From a virus (lineage: Duplodnaviria; Caudoviricetes), in IMG/VR virus record IMGVR_UViG_3300025173_000082, positions 1 through 58,225 of that record: DNA of 58,225 nt; one strand, 5' to 3'. The position numbers and the translations under genes are program-made. Positions 20,701 to 29,726 of the stretch are shown here, in pieces. The notes below the pieces were generated by a model that saw nothing but the letters and a program-made list of their open reading frames with translations, was not told where the DNA came from and did not search any database. Position 1 is the stretch's first letter, and each line of letters starts with the position of its first letter.

Positions 20701-22581
20701 CGACTCAATCTCCTGTGCGGCTTTCCTTAGATGTGCGCCGTACAATTTCGCGTGAGGCAGGCCGGCGTCCTGAAGCCGTCTTGAGAGTTCCGTCAACGTC
20801 CCGATAGTCGTAATCGCGTCGCTCTCCTCTGCATTGAGCCAGGTCGGGAGGTCGCTGGTCTCGACTCGGTTGGCGAAGACGACCACCTGACGGCCATTGC
20901 GCAGATGGTCTTGGATGGCGGCCATTGCTGTCTCAAGTTTGCGCGGCTCCAACAGATTCCGCAGTTTTTGGAGGCCGGTCATTTTTATGACCCCACGCCG
21001 TTTCGGGTCCGCGCCATCAACCGTGCGATTGAGGGCCTCATACTTGTTATCTTCGCGGGCTAATTCGTCGGGCGTGAGCGCAATCGGAGCCGTCGAGACA
21101 GTCAGATTGTCCATCGAGACTTCCCGTTTCACCATCAAACCACGTTTCGTCAAATCATCGAAAAGGCCCATGACGCGCATAAGCGCCTCGCGCTCCGGCA
21201 CAGTACGTTTCCAGGCCGACACCCCCCGCGCCACTTCGGCCCACTCATACCCTAACATCCGCATCGCTTTGGTATGCGACCAGCCGAAGGCTTCCGCGAG
21301 ATAGCCGAAATGCTCGGCTTTGTCCCCTGGCGTGGCGGTCAACAGCAGGGACTTCCGTGCGCGTTGCAGGAGCGCGAATCCGCGCTTGGTCTTCAGACTG
21401 CCGTAATTTTTCAGGTTATGGGACTCGTCGTAGACAACGAGGCCGGGACACGCCGCATCAAGGTCACCTTTGCCGAGGCGGGTGTAGGTGGACACATAAA
21501 TGCCTGGGGTCGTCATGGCACTGGCCGACGTGATCGGCGTGATCGGAATCTCCATGACCCGCGCATCGCTGCCGAACGCTTGTTCGATAATGCGTTCGTT
21601 CTGCGTGACAATCAGGACGGATTTGGTGGGATGGGCCTCACGATAGAGTTGAGCCACGGCGAGCGCTTGGCGCGTTTTGCCTGCCCCCGTCCCATCGCTG
21701 ATCAAAAAGCTCTTGGCCCCTTGCTGAAAACGCTGCCAGCACAACAAAACTGCCTCGGTCGCGTGGCGTTTTAGATGTCGTGCAAGAGCGCCGGGTACGT
21801 CCTGAGCGGCTGGTCGAACGGTGTAGTCGCTGCGGGAGAGCTTGATCCCGTCTGATAGATAGGGCTGCCCGGAGGTATCGGCAGGGCGTTCGTAGGATCG
21901 CGCTGCATTCGGAGGAGGCGGTTCTGGCGGAGAATCTCGTCGAACGCTATCTCGTAAATCAGCGGCACGTCGAACGTCTCCTCCTCGGTCTCCTCCTCGG
22001 TCTGGTTGGTCTGATCGGGATGCTGTGTCATGTGTGGCCTCCGCAATATAAAGTGATGGTATACCAGTGGACGGCGATTCTTCAATTTTTTTCCTGCGGG
22101 TGCCAATATACGGCGCGACCATGACCGGCCCCGCCTCCGTCTGCCGCATGTGGGCGGCAATCGGCACCTTGGTATCGAAGAGACTCAGTTGCGTTTTGCG
22201 GAACAGCCAAAGGCCGACGCGCTTGAACAGCGAGAGTTGGTCGCCTTTCATCTGCTGGTACATGGAGTCTTTCTTGACGAGTTCCTTCTTGGACCCGATC
22301 CAGGGCCTCGCCTCATGCGGCACCGGCTTGCCAGCCTCAACCGACAGAGCCTCCTCGCGCTTGACCCACCGACCCTCGCGCACTTCGTACCCGTACCGCT
22401 GCATCCTCTCATCCATCTCTTTGGTCGAAGGCCGGTGAGCGGCACTGAATATCGTGTCATCAATCGAGCGGCGCGTATCCTGATGCTCCTTCCCGTAGAC
22501 CTGCTGGCCCGTGTGCGGGTCGGCCCGGTAGTGACCCTTGACGCGGGCCTTAGAAAAGAGTAAGAGAAGCGCCTTTTTCAT
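17728..22581 (-). CDS. Giant polyvalent protein: Strawberry-notch-like SF2 helicase + FGKH..YLDW mini-domain + Zeta-toxin-like kinase
   Basis: DGTGAGKTRQ, DESHNLKN, GGTGLSL, QMLGRINR; FGKHRG...DPGYLDW; GAPASGKT, INADDVK, HEESS, RFVP. Confidence 0.85.
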   Translation of the reverse strand: MKKALLLLFSKARVKGHYRADPHTGQQVYGKEHQDTRRSIDDTIFSAAHRPSTKEMDERMQRYGYEVREGRWVKREEALSVEAGKPVPHEARPWIGSKKELVKKDSMYQQMKGDQLSLFKRVGLWLFRKTQLSLFDTKVPIAAHMRQTEAGPVMVAPYIGTRRKKIEESPSTGIPSLYIAEATHDTASRSDQPDRGGDRGGDVRRAADLRDSVRRDSPPEPPPPNAARSYERPADTSGQPYLSDGIKLSRSDYTVRPAAQDVPGALARHLKRHATEAVLLCWQRFQQGAKSFLISDGTGAGKTRQALAVAQLYREAHPTKSVLIVTQNERIIEQAFGSDARVMEIPITPITSASAMTTPGIYVSTYTRLGKGDLDAACPGLVVYDESHNLKNYGSLKTKRGFALLQRARKSLLLTATPGDKAEHFGYLAEAFGWSHTKAMRMLGYEWAEVARGVSAWKRTVPEREALMRVMGLFDDLTKRGLMVKREVSMDNLTVSTAPIALTPDELAREDNKYEALNRTVDGADPKRRGVIKMTGLQKLRNLLEPRKLETAMAAIQDHLRNGRQVVVFANRVETSDLPTWLNAEESDAITTIGTLTELSRRLQDAGLPHAKLYGAHLRKAAQEIESFQSGRAKIAIMTPQAGGTGLSLDDTTGHAPRAMVILTAPFAATDAVQMLGRINRLTTKSRCMATFLSAHGTAIDKWNQDIIHSKLKLLGATVQGDVANLDIEKLSTLSDEALEGVVKGGSVGVWEARHVDLGQVGLPHYGVAPAPTAPADTTASSTRTPLTVPPPSHVAFPKFPIGALGAYARFAPATPTGHWPDATIGFGKHRGATLSRLQQKDPGYLDWMFREMRLPFSVDVGSIDFVRQLAKTLRRKLLLFRKAVQGHFFRNEKVPVEGHLRQDHSGTVTYVKTHTATRKKKSEPIHENAPTPKRVTYPDGRLVPQVGDAVYQRVPGPFGTPASIHGEVYRKGAQLRVRVTKTAALIGGGGGTGKTYALTPHWTVQHDPEITRRTAAREAQRQDEKKHYEEEKHEGERRFRASYDAALEHGDQPFDFTTAYIGQVVRNHGVVRCGETESQRMIVGELETGGPHPFIGLTDPDQPEELAWPDHDDLTVPSGQDPERQRTEFEAQRQARKEAYDREEQARQAAWERELAEDDKRMQKASLPSRLLAFVKKAMPLTKARIRSYTRSDGTTVREHDDQRKSATPAQPHSRATAQQKVWAWHKPPNDVQEPRPRTVSAQKTAIHVVEPAEPGKMDEWLANIYAAHDLASAREEVSNGVATDRQHKDAATGEWTIARRRKHERIVHKILNPKAATKEGEQPQCVFLMGAPASGKTSALQPAAKDLGVAFTVINADDVKEQLPEYNGRNAGLVHEESSYIAEKLIAPEVLRRRHHTIWDVTGANTEKITQMVDIHHRHGYQITILYAHLPIEKAAARAVARFRDKGRFVPPEYVVNVVDGKPEQTYNALKGDSRVARFRRYDTDVPKNQQATLQEKGTRAEGAGSASAPVRKSQAGPGVQALREHGRRLHGSGHCWPPYRAGSAQALKAACARAASVRTALVKSLHTLDFDLDTPNLEPTVSGILRAERLTTLEKIAALDGRLKQLAAPNKGPS
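17931..18122 (-). CDS. Candidate nested out-of-frame gene just after the Zeta domain
   Basis: AGGAGG at 18133-18138; host frame here reads like an off-frame linker. Confidence 0.4.
   Translation of the reverse strand: MFPRISRLLFKKKVRGQKVLGVRPLLSEKAKQDQVCKLFGSMDDDYMDRVIAGLRTVPVPRKP
21771..22031 (-). CDS. Candidate nested out-of-frame acidic protein (86 aa)
   Basis: GGAGG-7nt-ATG preceded by TTGAAG-18-TACCAT; MTQHPDQTNQTEEETEEETFDVPLIYEIAF... Confidence 0.5.
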   Translation of the reverse strand: MTQHPDQTNQTEEETEEETFDVPLIYEIAFDEILRQNRLLRMQRDPTNALPIPPGSPIYQTGSSSPAATTPFDQPLRTYPALLHDI

Positions 22582-22853
22582 AAGTGTTCCTCATTAACCG
22601 CCATGCCCAGCAGCACGCTCAAAATCACCATCCAGGTCACTGTCCCAATCACCATTCCAGCCAACACGGTGTCCCTCTTATTGCTGTGCAATCACACGCC
22701 CGTAGGCGACCGTTTTGAGCGTCCCGTTTGTACAGATATAGGAGTCCTGTCCGCTCCAAAAGCACATTTCCTCGATGGGCATGGGCATGACATCACTGCC
22801 GACAGGGTGTTCGCGCTCGCGGGAGCCAGCCATCACGGCAGGCTGGTGGGGTG

Positions 22854-23231
22854 TCATGCGCCCCCCATATTTTCCCAGACGGGCACCCGATCTACCGAAT
22901 GAATCCGTGCCGCCAACAATTCCTTCGGCGTCCGCGTCCAGACGTAGTGGCGCACCCCCTCCGGCATATCCCCTACCGGCATATCCCCTAATTGACCATT
23001 CCACAGCATATAGGTCCGCGTGCCATCCACCTTGGCCTTGCCGTGATAGACTTGGAAGACTCGTATCTTCGGGTTGGTGCCAAAGAACCAGCCTAGCGAC
23101 CAGGATACCCATGTATGCGGCCCCCATCGTACCCGCCGGATGACCCCGCACGTCCAGACGGATTCCAGGGTCGGAGCCACATCCAAAAAGAATTGCTCGT
23201 CCGGACGAGCGCCGCGCATCATGTCTATCAT
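22854..23231 (-). CDS. Hypothetical protein
   Basis: AGGAGG RBS; operon context. Confidence 0.55.
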   Translation of the reverse strand: MIDMMRGARPDEQFFLDVAPTLESVWTCGVIRRVRWGPHTWVSWSLGWFFGTNPKIRVFQVYHGKAKVDGTRTYMLWNGQLGDMPVGDMPEGVRHYVWTRTPKELLAARIHSVDRVPVWENMGGA

Positions 23232-23254
23232 CGCGTGTCAATGCCTCCTATTAT

Positions 23255-23581
23255 TCAGGGCGTTGGAGATGCCAATCGTGACCGTACTTTATACCGATAG
23301 ACATGCACGGACGTAATCTCCAGGTTGGCCGCATCCTTGACCGTGATCTCCAACTTCAGCGTGCCGACCACCAAATCAGCCGGGGCAAAGAGATAGTCCA
23401 CGCACCCGGCGGTCGGGGGACTCAGGATCGTCATCGTCCTGTCCACCGAGACGCCATCGGCCCGGTTCAGCCGCAGGGTACAGACCGTATGGGTCAGGTC
23501 CAGCGGGCGCGTCGTGAGACTGTCGCGGAGCGTCGGACGAAACTTCGTGCCGCTGTTCCCTGCCACCAACGCGGTCGGCAT
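23255..23581 (-). CDS. BppU-like virion/baseplate protein
   Basis: AGNSG..F..TL.D....PLDLT...G.VDY.F...DL...G.LKLEITV pattern. Confidence 0.6.
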   Translation of the reverse strand: MPTALVAGNSGTKFRPTLRDSLTTRPLDLTHTVCTLRLNRADGVSVDRTMTILSPPTAGCVDYLFAPADLVVGTLKLEITVKDAANLEITSVHVYRYKVRSRLASPTP

Positions 23582-23583
23582 CG

Positions 23584-23763
23584 TTACGTCCGCATCACCT
23601 GCGAGATACGGCCACAGGACGGACACGTGATCTCATGGTCCTGCCCATCCGGCGGCACTGCCTCCACCACCAGCGTCAGATCGGCCCCACAACTACTCTG
23701 ACCGACAAACTCGCCCTCATGCCACATCGCTTTCCCCGTACACCGATACGTGATCGTGTCCAT
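23584..23763 (-). CDS. Small Cys-containing protein; not in ORF track
   Basis: Hand translation MDTITYRCTG...SCGADL...ITCPSCG; RBS present. Confidence 0.5.
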   Translation of the reverse strand: MDTITYRCTGKAMWHEGEFVGQSSCGADLTLVVEAVPPDGQDHEITCPSCGRISQVMRT

Positions 23764-23834
23764 GCTCCATCCTTTCTCTGTGCCTAGCGGACTAGCGGTT
23801 GTTGATTACCTCTTTCCTCGGTCTCGGTCTAGGT

Positions 23835-24578
23835 CTAGGTCGTCGTCCCGCTCAACTGCGTCGTGATCGTGTTCTTGAACGCCGGATCATTGACAGGCAG
23901 GTTCTCCTCCACCCACACGCCGAGCGCGGCCCCTGCTGGCAGCATACCTGTTGGAACATTCTGCGCCACCGCATCATCCACAAACGTCAGTCCGCCGGGG
24001 ACCGTCTTCCGATGTGCGACGCTGACGCTATCGTCCAGGCTCGTCGCCACGGCCAGGCGATACCGATTCTGCGTGTCCGCCGTCAGCGTCAATTGCGCGT
24101 TGGTGAGCGTCAGCGTCGCGTGCGTGTTCTTCTTGAAGATTTTCTCGTACCGAATCGTGACGCCGGACTCCGAGGCCGAATCATAGAACATGCGCCGCAC
24201 CGACGTAATGCCAGGAGCCATCGTCACGACGACCGTGGTGCCATTGCTCCGGTAGACTGTCACGGTCCCCGCAGCGGACGCGGAGAGGACCACCTTCATA
24301 ATACGCTCGAAGGTGTTGGTCGCAAGCGCCACCTGGGTCGTCCCGGTGAGCGCCACGGCCTGGCTGACAATTGCGCCCGCCGCGTTACGGCCCGTGATCG
24401 TGATCGTCTGCGTCGTATCACCGGCGACGCTGGAGGCCGCCCTGAGCGTATCGTTGGCCGCGAGGATCAACTCATCCACCGTGCCCGCCGTATTGATCGC
24501 GCCGCCGCTGGCCGTGATATCGTTCTCCGGCATGTTGGTGCTCTGATAGGTTTTCAACTCCGCTGCTAGAATAGGCAT
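23835..24578 (-). CDS. Virion structural protein
   Basis: Thr/Ala-rich beta protein; AGGAGG RBS. Confidence 0.65.
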   Translation of the reverse strand: MPILAAELKTYQSTNMPENDITASGGAINTAGTVDELILAANDTLRAASSVAGDTTQTITITGRNAAGAIVSQAVALTGTTQVALATNTFERIMKVVLSASAAGTVTVYRSNGTTVVVTMAPGITSVRRMFYDSASESGVTIRYEKIFKKNTHATLTLTNAQLTLTADTQNRYRLAVATSLDDSVSVAHRKTVPGGLTFVDDAVAQNVPTGMLPAGAALGVWVEENLPVNDPAFKNTITTQLSGTTT

Positions 24579-24598
24579 CTGCGCTCCTCCTTGTTGTG

Positions 24599-26662
24599 TT
24601 AGTTGGCCGAATACCCGACTGTATCTCCAAGCGTGACCGTAAACACGACGACGGGTTCCGACACCGCCACCGGCATCCAGACCTCCGCCTCAACGTAATC
24701 AAAGACCAGATGCGCGGTGAAGTTCTCGACTGCCGACCGGTGCGACACCGGAGCCAGAAGGCCCCCGTGCTCCACCGAGGTCGGGTGCATGGCCAGAACG
24801 CCCGTGAGGGCATCCAGCGCCGACACCATGAGCGCACGCGGCGAGGACAACCCCTCCATGCTGTGCGTGATCGTCACCGACACGGACCCACCCGCTTCCA
24901 CGGCGGACTGCCCCACCTGGCCGAGAGACAGCACGGCCTCTGCCGAAGTCAGTGTGATCCCGACCAGCCCGTGGCCCGCTTCGAGGGAGACGGGCCTTGC
25001 GCCGTAGAGCATCGTCCCTGCTTCGGTCGAGAGCACGTGATGCGTAAGCGCCACCGACAGAACCGTTTCCGTAGACGCCCCTTGATCCGCATTCCGGCCT
25101 TGCAGCGATTCCCCCGACGTGGCCACAACCATCGCAATGGGGTGGCCGGCTTCGATGGACGCGGCGCCCGCTCCATACACGGTCAGCATCGCCTCGGTGT
25201 GAGACGACAGACTCACCGAGACCGAGCCGATGGCTTCCATGGAAGTTGGGTCAGTCCGTGTCAGCGAACCCTGCCCTTCGACGGAGCGTGGCCCGCCGCC
25301 CAGGAGGGTCTGGATGGCTTCCAGCGCGGTCACGGCGGACTGATCGGCTGTCATGCCAGCCTCGACCATGATGCTCCCTGTGCGCGTCACCCCAAGACCT
25401 GCTTCGGTCGAGAGCACGCCACCGACCTTGACCGTGCCCACTCCTTCCAGCGAGCCCGGCTGTGTCACGGTAAGGCCCTGTCCGGCTTCGACAGCCTCAG
25501 TCATGGAGCCTGCCATCCGCAGGAGCGATTCCGTCGAACCCGTCATGCTCTGCATCAGGCCAGACACGCTCTCCAGCGAGCCCGGCTGTGTCACGGTAAG
25601 GCCCTGTCCGGCTTCGACCGAGACGGCCACCGACACCGGCAGGAACCCTCTCGCCTCGACCGATACAGCCACGACTTGGGAGAGCGCCGCTACCCCCTCG
25701 ACGGACACTGGCGACGGAATCGTCAGCGTACCCTCCGTTGCGACCGATAGAACGTCCATGCGCGTCACAGTCAACCCGGCTTCCATGGACGCGACGCGCT
25801 GGGACGACAGCGAGAGAACGGTTTCGAGGGACACGGCCTCAATTGCCGCGATAGGATGACCCGCCTCAATAGAGGTCATACGAACCCCCGTGACCACTCG
25901 AAGCACGTCCACGTCCGAAACGTGCGCCCCAGCCACCTGTCCCAAGGCTTCCTGCGAGAACGTGAATCCGCGAGCGAGAGACTGTCCGGCCTCTACCGAG
26001 GCCTCCCAGTCTCTCCTGAGCACAGCCATGCCCTCGACCGATTCCATTCCGGCTGCCGTAATCCCGCGCATACCTTCCAATGAGGCCGTCACCGACTCGG
26101 TGAGCGAGTCCACCGCTTCGAGCGCGGCACGCCCTGCGACCACAAGCCATGCACCTGATTCCGCTGAGAGCAGCATTGCCTGGGATAGCCCGTGCAGGCT
26201 CTCGACTGAGGAGCCGCGCTCACCAGCCATCGCCAGGACCGTCTCCGCCGAAACAGTCTCTCCATACAGGAGAGCCTGTCCCGCTTCGACACTGGAGGGC
26301 GCCGCCGCGCCCGCCAACCGAACCCCTTCGACGGAGAGTCCTCCAATGCCAGATAGTCCTTGCTGGGCCTCCAACGACTGCATCGTGCCCATCGCAATCG
26401 GGTGCCCTGATTCAATCGAGGACGCCCGTCCCACGGACATGGCGAGGAGCGATTCCAAGGGACTGATCGTGCTGCCGGCCACGAGCTCGCTCGCCTCCAC
26501 TGATCGTGCGCCGCTCCCTATCAGTACCATCCCTGCTTCCACTGGCACGATCTCCGCTATTGACACTGGCCTCAATCCTTCCACCGACGACGACAGCACG
26601 GCCACCACCAGGACGCCCGCCGCCATGTTAATCGCACGGCTATTGAGGACACTGCTATTCAT
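24599..26662 (-). CDS. Repeat-rich virion fibre/decoration protein (~14-aa S-x-E-A/G periodicity)
   Basis: Dozens of approximately 14-residue units with a fixed Glu; exact 47-bp DNA duplication 126 bp apart. Confidence 0.7.
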   Translation of the reverse strand: MNSSVLNSRAINMAAGVLVVAVLSSSVEGLRPVSIAEIVPVEAGMVLIGSGARSVEASELVAGSTISPLESLLAMSVGRASSIESGHPIAMGTMQSLEAQQGLSGIGGLSVEGVRLAGAAAPSSVEAGQALLYGETVSAETVLAMAGERGSSVESLHGLSQAMLLSAESGAWLVVAGRAALEAVDSLTESVTASLEGMRGITAAGMESVEGMAVLRRDWEASVEAGQSLARGFTFSQEALGQVAGAHVSDVDVLRVVTGVRMTSIEAGHPIAAIEAVSLETVLSLSSQRVASMEAGLTVTRMDVLSVATEGTLTIPSPVSVEGVAALSQVVAVSVEARGFLPVSVAVSVEAGQGLTVTQPGSLESVSGLMQSMTGSTESLLRMAGSMTEAVEAGQGLTVTQPGSLEGVGTVKVGGVLSTEAGLGVTRTGSIMVEAGMTADQSAVTALEAIQTLLGGGPRSVEGQGSLTRTDPTSMEAIGSVSVSLSSHTEAMLTVYGAGAASIEAGHPIAMVVATSGESLQGRNADQGASTETVLSVALTHHVLSTEAGTMLYGARPVSLEAGHGLVGITLTSAEAVLSLGQVGQSAVEAGGSVSVTITHSMEGLSSPRALMVSALDALTGVLAMHPTSVEHGGLLAPVSHRSAVENFTAHLVFDYVEAEVWMPVAVSEPVVVFTVTLGDTVGYSAN
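25446..25618. repeat. 47-bp exact direct repeat (25446-25492 and 25572-25618)
   Basis: tccagcgagcccggctgtgtcacggtaaggccctgtccggcttcgac twice. Confidence 0.9.
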
Positions 26663-28875
26663 CAGAGTGCCCGTGCGTACTTATACGTCGCGCCGGCAAA
26701 CGACGCATAAATGTACGTCCCGCCACCTGAATTAAATCCCGCCGTCGCAGCCCGCAGCTTAAAGCCTGATGCGAGAAAGTCCAGGTCAATCGCCGTCGCC
26801 TGCGCCGCCGACGAGTTCATGAGCAATTCAAAGTTCAGCGGGTTGTACGTGTTCCTCAGCGCGTCCCAGACGTACCAATCGCCCGTTGAATCAATCCGCT
26901 TGGCGAGCACGAGCTTGGGCCGCAAGCCGCAGGACACGACCGGGCCGTCCGCCAGGCCATTCCCAACATACGAGCCAAAAAATGAGAGTCCAGACACGCC
27001 CGTAAACAGATAGGTCACGTACGTTCCGCCAGTCGCATTTGTATTATTGGTCGCATTATTCGTCACCATGAACTGTGTGGACGAGAAATTGCCGGTGCCC
27101 CATGGGGTGTTCGCATTCGCTTGCGCGGCGGGGCCGTTCAGGGGCGCAAAATACGTGGCATTCGTCATGGCTTGATGCCAGACCCAATGATCTGCGCCGG
27201 TGTCCCGTCGAAAGGTGAGCACGAACTTCGGGGCCACGCCCAAGGCATGACTGATGTTACGGTTGGCCGTGTTGTCGCCGGTGTGTAGCACGATGTCGAG
27301 GCCATACGCCGCGCCCGCCCGGTGGAGTTGCGCAACGTAGGCGTTCGTGTTCGTGTTGATTTTTGCCAGCGAGCCGATGGTGAACCCATCACTTGTGAAT
27401 GCCGTGAGTCCTTGTGCCTCAGTTGTTTCTGCGCTGGCTGCAGAACTGACTAATTCTTTTTGCACAGCCCGACTCGCGTCATACCACGCCCAATGGTTGA
27501 TCGCCGTCCGGTCTTTCAGGATCACAAGATCGGGCGTGAATAATTTCCCAGTCACGCTGAGCGCCGCGCCCGTGCCGGTGTAGAGCGCCGCGTCGAACGC
27601 CGCTGTTGATTTCAGTATAGGCGGCCCTGGAAGGGTTTGAGAGTTCAACGCGACATGCGTTGCGGGAATAGCGCCTGAAAATGGACGCTGGCCAAAGTTG
27701 GCCACCGACGCCGCGCCCGTCACATAGGGGATCGCGGCGGTCAAGCCGGTGGTGAGGCTCGTCCAGGCCCCCGCGCCCGTCACGTTTCGATAGTCCAGCG
27801 CCCCCGCCGTGGTGATCCGGAATCCGAATGTCGTGGCGTCAGGGACGGAGACGGTGCTGGTGATGCCGCCCGATGCCGTGATGGTACCAGCCTCCACTCC
27901 CACGGCGGCGGCCGTGATTTCCCAATAGGCATTGCTCGCCATCGCGGACTGCGTCCCTCCGGCGAGACCTGCGGCATCGAGGTTGCCGTTGCTGAGCAGG
28001 CTTGTAGAAGGCCATACCGCATTCCACGTACAATAATTCCCTCGACCGTTCAGGCCATCGTGGTAATCAGTCGGTGTGTCGGTCAGTGAGTCATTCCCAA
28101 CTCCAGCGGCGACGCTGAAATTGAGAGGCGTAAAATCGTTGTTGTTGCCTGAACGATCCTTGCCCAACGTGGCGGACGTAGCCCCACTGTTGTCGGAGAA
28201 ATCAAGATAGAATCCATTAGTTCCGTAGGTGCCTGCGTACTTAATCGGCACCCACTGATTCGTCGCCGAGTTAGTCGTGCCAAAGGCGCTCGGCGCGACG
28301 AGTTGCCCATCAATCAAATACATCTCCGCAAAAAGCCCATCGAAATAATCCCGACTGGTGCCGTATCCTTGGGTGCCTTTGCCCAGCGTCAAAACTCCAG
28401 AGGCCCCGTTGAGCGCACAGGTCTGATTTAGCGCACAGGTAGATACCGCCGAGGTTTGCCTCACGCCATTGACCCATAAAATTGTCCTCTCGCTCTGCGT
28501 GGCATTAGCAGAATCGAATTGGAACACGCAATGGCACCACGCAGTCGGGTCGCGGAAGAGCGCATTGGTGTAGAAAGGAAACGCGCCGATAGGCGGGAGC
28601 ATCATATTGAATTGATCGCCTGCTGCATTGCTGTTTTCGGCGGTGAGGGCGAACGTGGCCGATATCTCTGTTCCTCCTGCCGCGCCCAGGATGGCACGCC
28701 CATCTCCGATGAGCCCCCGCTTCATCCACCAGCACAACGTCCAGAGTTTATTATTCGTGGGCGTGCCGATGGTGCGACTCAGATGAGCGCTGTCAACTGA
28801 ATTAAAACGCAGAGAGCGGGAAACACGGTACTGGGCCGCCCCACCCCCCAAGAATATTTGTTGAGCCGCGCCCAT
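26662..28875 (-). CDS. Tail/receptor-binding-like protein with LamG/concanavalin-A-like domain
   Basis: SLRFNS, FRDPTAWCH, YGTNGFYLDF, GKDRSGNNN, YTGTG, PDLVILKDR motifs; TAATG coupling. Confidence 0.75.
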   Translation of the reverse strand: MGAAQQIFLGGGAAQYRVSRSLRFNSVDSAHLSRTIGTPTNNKLWTLCWWMKRGLIGDGRAILGAAGGTEISATFALTAENSNAAGDQFNMMLPPIGAFPFYTNALFRDPTAWCHCVFQFDSANATQSERTILWVNGVRQTSAVSTCALNQTCALNGASGVLTLGKGTQGYGTSRDYFDGLFAEMYLIDGQLVAPSAFGTTNSATNQWVPIKYAGTYGTNGFYLDFSDNSGATSATLGKDRSGNNNDFTPLNFSVAAGVGNDSLTDTPTDYHDGLNGRGNYCTWNAVWPSTSLLSNGNLDAAGLAGGTQSAMASNAYWEITAAAVGVEAGTITASGGITSTVSVPDATTFGFRITTAGALDYRNVTGAGAWTSLTTGLTAAIPYVTGAASVANFGQRPFSGAIPATHVALNSQTLPGPPILKSTAAFDAALYTGTGAALSVTGKLFTPDLVILKDRTAINHWAWYDASRAVQKELVSSAASAETTEAQGLTAFTSDGFTIGSLAKINTNTNAYVAQLHRAGAAYGLDIVLHTGDNTANRNISHALGVAPKFVLTFRRDTGADHWVWHQAMTNATYFAPLNGPAAQANANTPWGTGNFSSTQFMVTNNATNNTNATGGTYVTYLFTGVSGLSFFGSYVGNGLADGPVVSCGLRPKLVLAKRIDSTGDWYVWDALRNTYNPLNFELLMNSSAAQATAIDLDFLASGFKLRAATAGFNSGGGTYIYASFAGATYKYARAL

Positions 28876-29726
28876 TACGACAGCCCTGTCCCACTGATGA
28901 GCCAACTCGTCGTCGTCTTCTTAATCGCCGTGGCGAGGCCCATAGCTGCCAGCGTGCGGCTCCCGGTTGAGGAGTCTTGCGCCCAGACCAACGTGTCCGA
29001 CGTAATCGCAATCGTGAGGGTATTGACCTCATTGATAAACGTGATCGTCGTCCCCACAGGGAACGCCACGCTGGCATTGGCGGGAATCGTGACCGTGCGG
29101 GCAATGTTGTCCCCGGCAGGATGGAGGAGGTGCTTGCCCGCGTCGCCCAAGACCAGTGTATAGGCTGCGCTCTGGCTGTTCTGCGGGATGTGCAGATACC
29201 CTACGGACATATCCACGTCGGGGAACGTATAGGTCCGCGCCGCTGTCGGCCCCGCCGGGGTGAAAAAGGCGATGCCCGTGCCACCGCTGGACACTGGCAA
29301 TACGCCGGTGACGCCCGTCGTCAGGGACACCAGCGCCGCCGGCGCGATCATCATTTTCAGGTTGCCGCTCGCGTCCAGCACGGACCATCCTGCCGCGTGC
29401 GTGTACCAGAGAGACTCGCCCGTCAAGAGCGAGACCACGATTAACTTATAGAGCGTGGCGTTATCGCTGTACCGCACGGTCAGCGTCACCGTCGCCGTAT
29501 CGTTATTGCGGATAATGATCGTGTCTACGTCGCGGACGGTGGACGCCGGCGGCGCTGGGCAGATGTCCACGGCGAGTGTCCCATTCAGCGCGGCGACCGC
29601 CGCCCCGCCCGTGTAGGCACTCGCCGTTTTATCTGCGTAGCAAACCGTCGCATCGGGCTGCGTGGTGGCCACGGCGCCGCCCAGGACGGCCTGCAACTTG
29701 CGTGTCGTGGTGTCCAGCCGGATCAT
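28875..29726 (-). CDS. Virion structural / tail-fibre-associated protein
   Basis: GVLPVSSGGTG, YTLVLGDAGK, TIPANASVAFPVGT motifs. Confidence 0.7.
   Translation of the reverse strand: MIRLDTTTRKLQAVLGGAVATTQPDATVCYADKTASAYTGGAAVAALNGTLAVDICPAPPASTVRDVDTIIIRNNDTATVTLTVRYSDNATLYKLIVVSLLTGESLWYTHAAGWSVLDASGNLKMMIAPAALVSLTTGVTGVLPVSSGGTGIAFFTPAGPTAARTYTFPDVDMSVGYLHIPQNSQSAAYTLVLGDAGKHLLHPAGDNIARTVTIPANASVAFPVGTTITFINEVNTLTIAITSDTLVWAQDSSTGSRTLAAMGLATAIKKTTTSWLISGTGLS

Noticed and set aside
23819-23841. (GGTCTC/GGTCTA) hexamer run
   Set aside because: Only about four units at a gene end; too short to interpret.
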